From: Minisyncoccota bacterium
GTDB taxonomy: Bacteria > Patescibacteriota > Minisyncoccia > Phycocordibacterales > UBA6899
NCBI GenBank assembly: GCA_035583355.1
Contig: DATEZQ010000003.1
Location: 65,844 to 129,843, forward strand
Reading direction: 5' to 3'
DNA: 64,000 nucleotides
The notes below the pieces were generated by a model, which saw nothing but the letters and a program-made list of their open reading frames with translations, was not told the origin of the DNA and searched no databases. This document shows positions 35,457 to 43,797 of the stretch, piece after piece. The stretch's first letter is position 1. Each line of letters begins with the position of its first letter. The translations under genes and the position numbers were made by a program.

Positions 35457-36017
35457 ATGAATCGCATGTTGCGTTTCGTATTTGGGCCCGTATTCTTTCT
35501 GTATTACATCTTCTCGACATACTCAAGTTACAAAAGATATGCAGGTGGCGGCGATTTGCGTGGGCAAGCGTTCGAGGTGGTGGGTACGGTATGGCTTGTC
35601 GCGGCCCTGCTGGTGTTCATCATCCTGCTGCGAAATTGCCTTGGGAAGACGGCATCTGCTCGGCCGAGCTATGTAAGTCTTATCACAAGTGCGCTTCTTG
35701 TATATTTTGCGACCAAATGGCTCGCCGGACTCTGGATCTGGATGTCGGTGCGTTCTACGGGGAGCCTCACTGGTTTCCTTGGAAACATTCCCCTCCTCTT
35801 TCTTTCATTTTTCTTGCTTTGTGTTGTTCCGGTATCCTTTGGGTTTTTCATCAAGGCACACGCAGCAACAAAAGAAAAGAAGGGTGCACCAAAGCCTCCA
35901 GAGTCTCCTCGCTATGTACGCGAGGAAATCGTGAAGACCAGGAGTGGCTTAAAGATGAAAAAGATAGTGAAAGCCTTCAAGGGTAAGACGGTTATCGACT
36001 ATGAGCTTGCCTCGTAG
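35457..36017 (+). CDS. Hypothetical integral membrane protein (186 aa, 4 TM) with a Lys-rich C-terminus. The ORF track starts at 35118; the start is taken at the RBS-preceded ATG
   Basis: Preceded by GGAGG and the promoter above, and followed by a terminator at 36034..36056 (cgggcc-ttt-ggcccg plus T6). Confidence 0.6.
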   Translation: MNRMLRFVFGPVFFLYYIFSTYSSYKRYAGGGDLRGQAFEVVGTVWLVAALLVFIILLRNCLGKTASARPSYVSLITSALLVYFATKWLAGLWIWMSVRSTGSLTGFLGNIPLLFLSFFLLCVVPVSFGFFIKAHAATKEKKGAPKPPESPRYVREEIVKTRSGLKMKKIVKAFKGKTVIDYELAS

Positions 36018-36033
36018 TGCGACGCAGAATTAA

Positions 36034-36056
36034 AGCGGGCCTTTGGCCCGTTTTTT
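36034..36056 (+). terminator. Rho-independent terminator (cgggcc-ttt-ggcccg plus tttttt)
   Basis: GC stem with a T-run 17 nt after the stop. Confidence 0.65.
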
Positions 36057-36103
36057 ATATCAAAAAAACATCATAATGTGATGTTTTTTTGAACAAGAAT
36101 TGA

Positions 36104-38728
36104 TTATTTTTTCTTCTTCCCGCCTTTGCCAGAAAGAGCACTGAGAAGCTTCTCCTTCTGTTTTTTGTTTGTTGTGATACTGTCGATATCCGCAATCGCT
36201 TTTTCTGCTGCTGCCTCAATCGCACTATCTCCCCTATCAGACGCGCTTCTTACGTATGCTGCAAGCGCACCAGGATGGATGTTTCTTAATACGTCGGGAT
36301 CGAAGACCACATTTGGAGTAAGTTCTTTGATCTCGCGTGCATCCATTGCCTTGATTGTTTCAGTGATTGCATTTTTATCTGCATCTGACCTACTTGCTCC
36401 TGCTGCGGGAAGAGATGCAGTCACGGACTGTGTGAGGTCTTCTTTGAAATCGATATTGAAACCACTTGTGCCCTTCACCGCACTATTTGCAAGATAGGTC
36501 TTTACTGCTTCGCTTCCAGTCTTTCTCAATTCTTTTGCCATGACATCGAGTTTATCAACTTGCTCTTTTGTATAAGCAGTTTGACTGAGAATTAATTTCT
36601 CTATTGCTCCAAGGTGTGCGGCGTTGAGTGCGTTGTTCTTTGCAAGGAGGTCAAGTGTTTCTACATCAAGGGTTGCAACATCATCAGTCTTTACGTTGCG
36701 TACTGCATCGATGAGTGCCTTCTGCTTCTCTTGCTGTTTCTCGATCTGCACAAGCTTTTCTTTTGCAACCTGTTTTGCTTCAGCGGTGGTAGCTCTATTG
36801 TATGCTTCCTGCGCATCCTTATGCGCATTCTTGTCATACTTTGCTGCTTCCTTAATGTGATCTTTGTTGTTAAGCAAGCCCTTTGATTCCTCTGTGCGAA
36901 TCTGAGAGTTGATTTTGTCATTAATCTCCTTGAACTCTTTCTTGCCTCCCGTGTCACCAAAGATTTGTGTAAGCGCTTCTTTTTGCTTAACGGGATTATC
37001 CTTGAACTGTTTCTCGATTGCACCAACAACCGCCTTGCGTGCATCTTTACCTTCATCGCCCTCAAAGCGTGTTTTGCCCATGCCAAGTGTTGTCTGAAGC
37101 ATTGCTGCTGCTGCGCGTGGATCATCTCCATAACGAGCAACGATATCTTTAACCAACTCTGCTTCACGTGCCTTGAGTGCATTCTCTGATGCAGCCTTGC
37201 CACCGCCTGCAACCTGCAGACCGCTTCCGAGTCCGGCAGCAACGCTACCAAGTTTACCTCCCTTTGCTGTGCCATAACTTGCGACACGAGCGCCTACAGC
37301 ACCGACGCCAGCGAGACCACTGCCATCCTTTGCAAAGGTTCGTGATCCGGCTTTGCCTGCGCCCATGCCACCCATTTGACCTTCTGCGAATCCATATGCA
37401 CGAGATGCGCGTACGTCGAATGAAGATTGCGCCGCCTTTTCTCCGCCGCGCACCAGAAGGTTTCCTGCGGTCTTACTTATGCCTCCTCTATTGATCATGT
37501 CTCTTGTGAATTGAGACTTCGAGAGTGCTCCACCTGCTGCTCCAATAGTGCTTCTTCCTGCCCAAGCAGCACCAGAAGAAATCTTCCCCATTGCGAGTCC
37601 GCTCAACTTTGAGCCATAGCTGGCTGCCTGACCTCCAACCGCTTTGGAGTATTTGAGCGCCATTACCATAAGCAAGGTAATGATGATGTAGTTGATGATG
37701 ATGGAGAAGCTGCCTGATTCGGCAGTAAGCGCCTTTGCAAGTGAGGCGCCCGAGCCCTTCACTCCGAACATGTCTGAGGTGCGTACAAAGACCACCGTTA
37801 CATAGGTGATGAGCAAGAATATGATTGGAAAGAGTGCTTGAGCCTGTAGTGCGTTGGTCCACTCTGACTTAATCTTATTGATTGCAGAAAAATTGAGTGT
37901 GTACGAGAGGAAATAGAGTGGCGAGGTTAGCATGAGAATCATCAAGATTCCAATGCGAACAATGAACATAAACGCAGACGCGAAGAAAATGAGTGTGGTA
38001 ATCATCATGAATAGCGCTCCTCCGAGATAGATGATGACACGATTGAGTGGAGCAAGCTTCACACCATTTTGATCAAGTGCACTCTGTAGATTAAGACCAT
38101 CTGCGAGTGCATGTGCGGGTCCATAGAGGATTTGTCCCGCACCTGACCCGGTTGTTGAGCTGGAGGTCGTGGTCGAAACTTTGTAGTAGAGACCACGTGC
38201 GACCATGTTTGATGCATCAATGACGACCTTCGTGAAAAAGAGGCTGAAATTGATAAGGAGTGCAGCGATGACGAGATTCTTAAGTGCTTTCTGTGTGCCA
38301 CTCGTATCAATGTCAGAGAGACTGAGTAGTTGCTTGAACGCAATGGCGAGTACTGCGAAGATGAATGTGGAGTTAACGAGGTCACGTGCGAAGGTCCAGC
38401 CGATATTGATGAACTTCATTCCCGAGTAGGTACTTCCTCTTGTGGAGAAATCTATTGCGAAATCGAAGAGGTAGGCCGAGAGTGCGAAGACAAGGCCCAC
38501 AACTTTGAATATAACCCATGCGAGCCCCGCAAGTATCTCACCTATTCCATCAAGGATGCCATCAGTAAGCCAGTTCGCTTCTGCGAGTGCGGGACTGACA
38601 TGGTGTTGTTGTAAAACGATAGGAATCAAGAAAAGCGCAATCATGAGAGTCGCCAACGGAAAAAATCGCGCCGGTGTGCGCGCCTTTTCTAGTGTGGCTT
38701 GCATGAATTTACGTAGCATTTCCTCCAT
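36104..38728 (-). CDS. VirB6/TrbL-like polytopic membrane protein with a long Gly/Ala-rich and coiled-coil C-terminal extension (874 aa)
   Basis: At least 7 predicted TM helices in the first 420 aa, then a hydrophilic region with GxGxG repeats and a KEKLVQIEKQQEKQKALIDAV coiled coil. Family assignment by architecture only. Confidence 0.4.
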   Translation of the reverse strand: MEEMLRKFMQATLEKARTPARFFPLATLMIALFLIPIVLQQHHVSPALAEANWLTDGILDGIGEILAGLAWVIFKVVGLVFALSAYLFDFAIDFSTRGSTYSGMKFINIGWTFARDLVNSTFIFAVLAIAFKQLLSLSDIDTSGTQKALKNLVIAALLINFSLFFTKVVIDASNMVARGLYYKVSTTTSSSTTGSGAGQILYGPAHALADGLNLQSALDQNGVKLAPLNRVIIYLGGALFMMITTLIFFASAFMFIVRIGILMILMLTSPLYFLSYTLNFSAINKIKSEWTNALQAQALFPIIFLLITYVTVVFVRTSDMFGVKGSGASLAKALTAESGSFSIIINYIIITLLMVMALKYSKAVGGQAASYGSKLSGLAMGKISSGAAWAGRSTIGAAGGALSKSQFTRDMINRGGISKTAGNLLVRGGEKAAQSSFDVRASRAYGFAEGQMGGMGAGKAGSRTFAKDGSGLAGVGAVGARVASYGTAKGGKLGSVAAGLGSGLQVAGGGKAASENALKAREAELVKDIVARYGDDPRAAAAMLQTTLGMGKTRFEGDEGKDARKAVVGAIEKQFKDNPVKQKEALTQIFGDTGGKKEFKEINDKINSQIRTEESKGLLNNKDHIKEAAKYDKNAHKDAQEAYNRATTAEAKQVAKEKLVQIEKQQEKQKALIDAVRNVKTDDVATLDVETLDLLAKNNALNAAHLGAIEKLILSQTAYTKEQVDKLDVMAKELRKTGSEAVKTYLANSAVKGTSGFNIDFKEDLTQSVTASLPAAGASRSDADKNAITETIKAMDAREIKELTPNVVFDPDVLRNIHPGALAAYVRSASDRGDSAIEAAAEKAIADIDSITTNKKQKEKLLSALSGKGGKKKK

Positions 38729-38844
38729 GAGAAAGATTCCCTTCCGTGGGCTTCTTTCCTTGTTATCTATTATAACAGAGATTGTGATTATTGTTCGCGG
38801 AATAATATATTCCTGTGGAGAAAAACCACGGCATTGCCGTGGTT

Positions 38845-40488
38845 TTATGGTGTCGTCGGTGTTGTTGTTGCAGTTGAGTCATCCTCAATGAATGTTCCGT
38901 TTCCATCAATCATTTCCTGGTTGAGCATCGTGCGATCATAGATCTTGAGCATTGCTCCTGTTGCCCAATCAACAGTTCCTGATTGAATGTCGAAGTAGCC
39001 ATTCTGTATCGAATTGAAGAAATCGCCAATCAGCTTATTGATATCCTGATCAGGGACGAAGTCTTGAGTATTTACCTCTGAGAGTCCCTTATCGAAGATA
39101 CTTGTTGATTGTGCCCCGTTCTTATCTGCTGCAGTCAAGTCACCCTCTGATTTTGCCTCAATAAATTGCTTGTCTTGCTGTCCAGCATATTCAGAGATGC
39201 GATCGCCAATGACCTTGGAAGCTGTGACAATCTTTGAGTAGCGAATATCACAGTTCGGATCATCAGGATCACACTTGCGGTCGGGGAGAATACCGCCACC
39301 TGCGATATAATCGGTCTTTGTCTGCTCCTTGATTTCGGCAAGTTGTCTCGATTGTGCATTTTGGAGGGCAAGGCGTGCACCAGGGCCAGTGTTCTGGTCG
39401 TTCAGCATTAAGTCCTGCCAAATCTTGAGCCCATCCTGCTGCCCCGAATTCATATCTTTGAGGTAGGTGTTGTAGTCTGATTCCTTCGCAAATAAGCCAT
39501 TTTCTGGATCAGTAGGGTCTGTGAGCGTACAGCTTACTTGTTCGCCAAGTGCATCAAGTGGATCGACTGCTTCCTGGTGGCCAGCCTGCAAGAGAGCACG
39601 TGCGGCATCGTATTTTGCAGGTGCACATATTTGGAGTGAGTCTGGTGCATCAGACTTTCCAAGAATTCGTTGCTGCAAGGTGCGTGTGCGTGATTCTGCG
39701 AGTGAGTTCGCGTATTGTGTGGGTTGTCCACCAATAAGTGAGAAGTTCTCTTCTGAGATCACATTGCCTTCACTGTCCTTGATGGTGCGTGAGAGGCCCT
39801 GTTGTGCTATTTCAAGATTTGCCTTCGCAATGATACCCGAAGTACGCTGTGCAAGGCTTGTCGCCTGTGCGGACTCAATGTAATCTCGAAGCATGCTGTG
39901 GATCTGAAGGTTGAGCGCAAGCTTATTTTGCTCAACGAGCTCTTGGAGGAGACAGGAGAGCGAGGTGGAGTTGTTGACTTGAACAGTACTGTAGTCCCCT
40001 GCTGATTCGTCGATGACACCCTTCGTGTAGAGAACGTTCCATGCACTGTTTTCATCCAGTCCTGTGGCGGTATTACTGCTTGTAATGGGGCGTAGTGAAC
40101 AGCCTTTTAGGGTTGGGTCCTCATTATCAGGGTCTGCGGGATCAATCATTTTACCACCAGCACTAAATGGATTTTTGCCCGGGAGAAAGAGCTCCGCGGT
40201 CTCTCCGGGTGCCGGATTGAGCGAGAGAAGTGCGCGGAGTGATCCTTGCTCGTCGTCGTGGATCAGTTTTTCAAACTTAGTCGCATAGGCATCGAATGCA
40301 GCCTTTTGACTAGCGGTATTTTGCTGAATCGAGGCAAGTGTTGCTCCCGCAGCACCATCAACAACGGGCACATAAAGTCCGAGCGCTTCTGCCTTTTCCG
40401 GAGCTCCATATGCAAAAACCAAGCCGAGAAGCAAGGTCGAAAAAAGTATTGAATGTGCGCGTGTACGCATACGTACAGTATACCACAT
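38845..40488 (-). CDS. Secreted hypothetical protein (about 540 aa)
   Basis: Signal peptide from the internal MRTRAHSILFSTLLLGLVFAYGA. Thr-rich C-terminus. Confidence 0.5.
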   Translation of the reverse strand: MWYTVRMRTRAHSILFSTLLLGLVFAYGAPEKAEALGLYVPVVDGAAGATLASIQQNTASQKAAFDAYATKFEKLIHDDEQGSLRALLSLNPAPGETAELFLPGKNPFSAGGKMIDPADPDNEDPTLKGCSLRPITSSNTATGLDENSAWNVLYTKGVIDESAGDYSTVQVNNSTSLSCLLQELVEQNKLALNLQIHSMLRDYIESAQATSLAQRTSGIIAKANLEIAQQGLSRTIKDSEGNVISEENFSLIGGQPTQYANSLAESRTRTLQQRILGKSDAPDSLQICAPAKYDAARALLQAGHQEAVDPLDALGEQVSCTLTDPTDPENGLFAKESDYNTYLKDMNSGQQDGLKIWQDLMLNDQNTGPGARLALQNAQSRQLAEIKEQTKTDYIAGGGILPDRKCDPDDPNCDIRYSKIVTASKVIGDRISEYAGQQDKQFIEAKSEGDLTAADKNGAQSTSIFDKGLSEVNTQDFVPDQDINKLIGDFFNSIQNGYFDIQSGTVDWATGAMLKIYDRTMLNQEMIDGNGTFIEDDSTATTTPTTP

Positions 40489-40535
40489 GAGAATAAATAC
40501 GATTCACCTTGCTGTGCATAGGTGAATCGTATTCA

Positions 40536-41408
40536 TTAGCGATTTAAGCTTGTATTGATTTTGTTGATCTGCTTCTGGCACAATGCGATTTGTCGGTTCG
40601 TTTGATCTTGAAGATTCTTGAGATAGCGCTGTCGTGCTTTGATTTTTGCATCGATGGTTTTTTCGAGATTCTTGTAACGCGTCAGGATTTTCTCTAGATG
40701 CTTGATGCGTTGAATAGTGCCACCCCTAGTGAGCAAGAGCACTGTCTTGCGCAAGCCCATTGCTACCGTCTTGAGCGAAGCAGTGTCAAGCGATAGACTC
40801 ATTGATGAGTAGATATTCGCTATCGCAAGGCCATCACTAACAATATCATCGGTGAGTACGAATGCGGACTCAATGACGAATTCATAGTCCTCGACGAGCT
40901 GGTCGAACATCGCAGTAATTTCATTCACTGATTTTTCTACCATAAGCGCAACCCCATCCAAGTTATTCGCCATCATGTCGAGCGTGTTTGCAGTACAAAG
41001 GAGTGAGCGGGTGAGATTATCTCCAGGACTGATGTCACGCACATAAGGCTTAATGGTCATTTCACCACGATAGGTACCCTTCGTGCCATAGTAGATTGCA
41101 GTGATTTTATAGATATTTGGCTCGAGCGCTGTACTCCCCTTCCCTGTGCGGAATGAATAGTAGGGGTAGTTTGACTCAGGGTTTACCAACTCGTCGTTGA
41201 CACGCCACTCGATAGTTGCCTCATCTGCAATTTCTCCGCGCGGAATTACTAGGGAGAGAATGACGCGCTGGAATGCTGCAGGGTATGAGGGGGAAGAGCG
41301 AATGACAAGTGGCTTTGGTTCCTGCGCAAGTGCCTTCATTGGGAATGCAAAAGCAATTGGCGCTATCGTAAGCGAGGTGGTGATGAGGAATGTGATAAGT
41401 CTTTTCAT
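40536..41408 (-). CDS. Secreted hypothetical protein with a C-terminal coiled coil
   Basis: Signal MKRLITFLITTSLTIAPIAFAFPMKALA. Confidence 0.5.
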   Translation of the reverse strand: MKRLITFLITTSLTIAPIAFAFPMKALAQEPKPLVIRSSPSYPAAFQRVILSLVIPRGEIADEATIEWRVNDELVNPESNYPYYSFRTGKGSTALEPNIYKITAIYYGTKGTYRGEMTIKPYVRDISPGDNLTRSLLCTANTLDMMANNLDGVALMVEKSVNEITAMFDQLVEDYEFVIESAFVLTDDIVSDGLAIANIYSSMSLSLDTASLKTVAMGLRKTVLLLTRGGTIQRIKHLEKILTRYKNLEKTIDAKIKARQRYLKNLQDQTNRQIALCQKQINKINTSLNR

Positions 41409-41420
41409 AGATGTATATTG

Positions 41421-42404
41421 CTATTTTGCTTTCGTGCTTGTTGCTGTGGTTGCTTGTCCTGCCCAGCGGAAGTAGTAGCCTGGTTCGCTTGCAAGAAAGG
41501 TGATGTCCTTGTCATGGAGCACATTTACGATCCCCGCGTAACCCCTGATGATTGGAAGCGTTTGTGCAAGATATGTTTGCCAACCCGCTCCTCCAATAAC
41601 TGGGTTCGAGAAGAGTTTTGTGGTGAGGTAGAGTGAGCGACTCATGACGTCGTACCCATTTACAATATTGAGGTGATGCTCTGCAAATATCGAAGGTGTG
41701 GGGAGTTTGAGGAGGTCATTTGTGAAATTGCGATATGCAATTGCGGAGAGCTCAAGTCGTTGTAAGTCGCTCTGCTTCTTTGTTTCAAGCGCTTTCTTCA
41801 AGATGTCCGCTTCTGCTTCGACGTCCTTGCTTGTGTATATTTGAATAATCTTCCCGAAATCATTTGCATAGGTACGTAATGTTTCTGGAGAATTGTCAGA
41901 AATGACGGCAAGGTCGCTCAGGGTGCGCCGAGGTTGTACTTGGCTCGCATCGAAACTTTTCACGAGGTCTTGCACTGTGCTCGAGCGGATCTTTTCCACT
42001 TCTTTCGAAAGAAACTCCGAATAGAATTTTTTCTTTGCTTCGTCGACATCAGTTGTCGTTGCGTTTCCGAGTGACAGTACATACAAGATATCATCAGGGC
42101 CTTTTTTGGTAGGGTTATGTCCCGTGCGTACTTCTGCTCCGTCTTGTACACCATCACCATCGGTATCAGGGTTCGTGGGATCGGTGCCATATACTGCCTC
42201 TTCCCAATCAGGGAGCCCATCATTATCAGTATCAGTTTCTTGTTGCATCAGTGCGGTGGCAGGGGCTGCTTCATCAATCTTGCCACTTGGCTTACCTGAA
42301 TCTTTTGAGGGGAGCATGTAGATACCAACACCCACGATTCCTGCGGCCACAAAAGTGCTCAAAACGAGTGGAGAAGAGAGGTGCGTGCGTATGCGCTCAA
42401 TCAT
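41421..42404 (-). CDS. Membrane-anchored protein with Asp-rich calcium-binding-type repeats (thrombospondin type 3-like DxDxDGxxD)
   Basis: N-terminal TM helix, then TDTDNDGLPDWEEAVYGTDPTNPDTDGDGVQDGAE. Confidence 0.5.
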   Translation of the reverse strand: MIERIRTHLSSPLVLSTFVAAGIVGVGIYMLPSKDSGKPSGKIDEAAPATALMQQETDTDNDGLPDWEEAVYGTDPTNPDTDGDGVQDGAEVRTGHNPTKKGPDDILYVLSLGNATTTDVDEAKKKFYSEFLSKEVEKIRSSTVQDLVKSFDASQVQPRRTLSDLAVISDNSPETLRTYANDFGKIIQIYTSKDVEAEADILKKALETKKQSDLQRLELSAIAYRNFTNDLLKLPTPSIFAEHHLNIVNGYDVMSRSLYLTTKLFSNPVIGGAGWQTYLAQTLPIIRGYAGIVNVLHDKDITFLASEPGYYFRWAGQATTATSTKAK

Positions 42405-42505
42405 AGGTACAATTATAACATGTATGACTGGAGGTTGTAGTGGTTTTGTGTCCCCGCGTTACTTGTGCTGTTTCCCCGCGCACTGCAATGGAGTATAATA
42501 GATCT

Positions 42506-43729
42506 ATGCGAAACACTACATACGCAATGATTTTTTTGATAGCAATCATGGTGGGAATCATGACCTCTCCCTTGGTGGGCGATGCGGCTTGTGCTCCAAT
42601 TTCTCGTACACTACGTGTGGGAATGCAGGGTGAAGATGTGCGCGCACTTCAAAAGTTTCTAAATGATGATGTCGACTCTATGATTGCCACAACAGGTGTG
42701 GGGTCACCTGGAAATGAGTCCACGGTATTCGGGCCTGCAACATTGCGTGCCGTAATGAAATTTCAAGCAGCAAATAAGGAGCAGATCCTTATTCCTGCTG
42801 GAGTGACGGAACCTACGGGTATTATCGGAAAGATGATGCGTGGCGTGGTCAATCAGTACCTTTGTGCTAATCCAAGTCTTGGAGTTGAGGGTGCAGAAGT
42901 AAGTACCTCATCAAGTAAAACGAGTAGTGATCCACTCGATACCCCACAGAACAGGAAGAGAATTGCTGAGCTTCAAGCACGCTCTGATGCGATTTTTGCA
43001 GAAAATGACAAGAAACTTACAGACGCACTCCAATCAATAAAGCAGCGTTATGCTGTTATTGACGCAAAAATGACAGAAGCCACAAAAGCAATCGATAAGG
43101 TACACAAGATGGAAGAAGTGTTTAATGCACTCAGTGATCCTTCAACGGCGATTGTTCCTGGAGTGAAAGGAGGAGTGTTTGGTCTCGCGGATCCACTCCA
43201 AATAAGTGTTATCGTTCCTAGTGTTGCATATAGGGGTGATCGCATTGGTATTATTGGTTCAGGATTCCTTGAGAACAATAAGCTTCATATTGCAGATAAG
43301 GTGATTGACATGGAAATGCCAAATAAGGAGGGTACGGTATCCTTTGCTCGCCTTCCCGCAGATCTTCCAATGGGGCGTAATACGGCATTTGTAGAAAATA
43401 GTAAGGGGAAGAGCGATCCTGTACCGTTTTTCATAGCCGAAAAACAGACTGCAGCACCAGTTATTTCGAGTTTTACTCCTGCGGCTACAGGAATAGGAAA
43501 GACAGTTACTCTTAGGGGGACGAATTTCCTTGCAAAGAATGATATCTATACTTCCCTTGGTGTGATAAACAATGTTTCTTCATCTGATGGTACAACACTG
43601 ACGTTCACTGTGCAGGCAGAGCCGGCTCTTGTTGGCACTGATGGAAAGCTTATCGATAAGCTTCCATACACTGTGCTTGTCGGAAATGATAGAGGGCTCT
43701 CAGGGGTCGTGCAAATCCCTATGGAATGA
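42506..43729 (+). CDS. Secreted protein with a peptidoglycan-binding (PG_binding_1-like) domain and IPT/TIG domains. The ORF track starts at 42440
   Basis: LRVGMQGEDVRALQKFLN...TVFGPATLRAVMKFQ matches PG_binding_1. C-terminal PVISSFTPAATGIGKTVTLRGTNF is IPT/TIG-like. Confidence 0.65.
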   Translation: MRNTTYAMIFLIAIMVGIMTSPLVGDAACAPISRTLRVGMQGEDVRALQKFLNDDVDSMIATTGVGSPGNESTVFGPATLRAVMKFQAANKEQILIPAGVTEPTGIIGKMMRGVVNQYLCANPSLGVEGAEVSTSSSKTSSDPLDTPQNRKRIAELQARSDAIFAENDKKLTDALQSIKQRYAVIDAKMTEATKAIDKVHKMEEVFNALSDPSTAIVPGVKGGVFGLADPLQISVIVPSVAYRGDRIGIIGSGFLENNKLHIADKVIDMEMPNKEGTVSFARLPADLPMGRNTAFVENSKGKSDPVPFFIAEKQTAAPVISSFTPAATGIGKTVTLRGTNFLAKNDIYTSLGVINNVSSSDGTTLTFTVQAEPALVGTDGKLIDKLPYTVLVGNDRGLSGVVQIPME

Positions 43730-43797
43730 TATTGGGACACCACACATACTTGTGTGGTGTTTTTATTTCACTGAGCCTATTGTGTTATAATTGCAGC

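Noticed and set aside
36126-37494. Plus-strand ORFs with Cys- and His-rich or low-complexity translations inside the VirB6-like gene
   Set aside because: They are antisense shadows. They show Gly/Ala-codon-driven low complexity.
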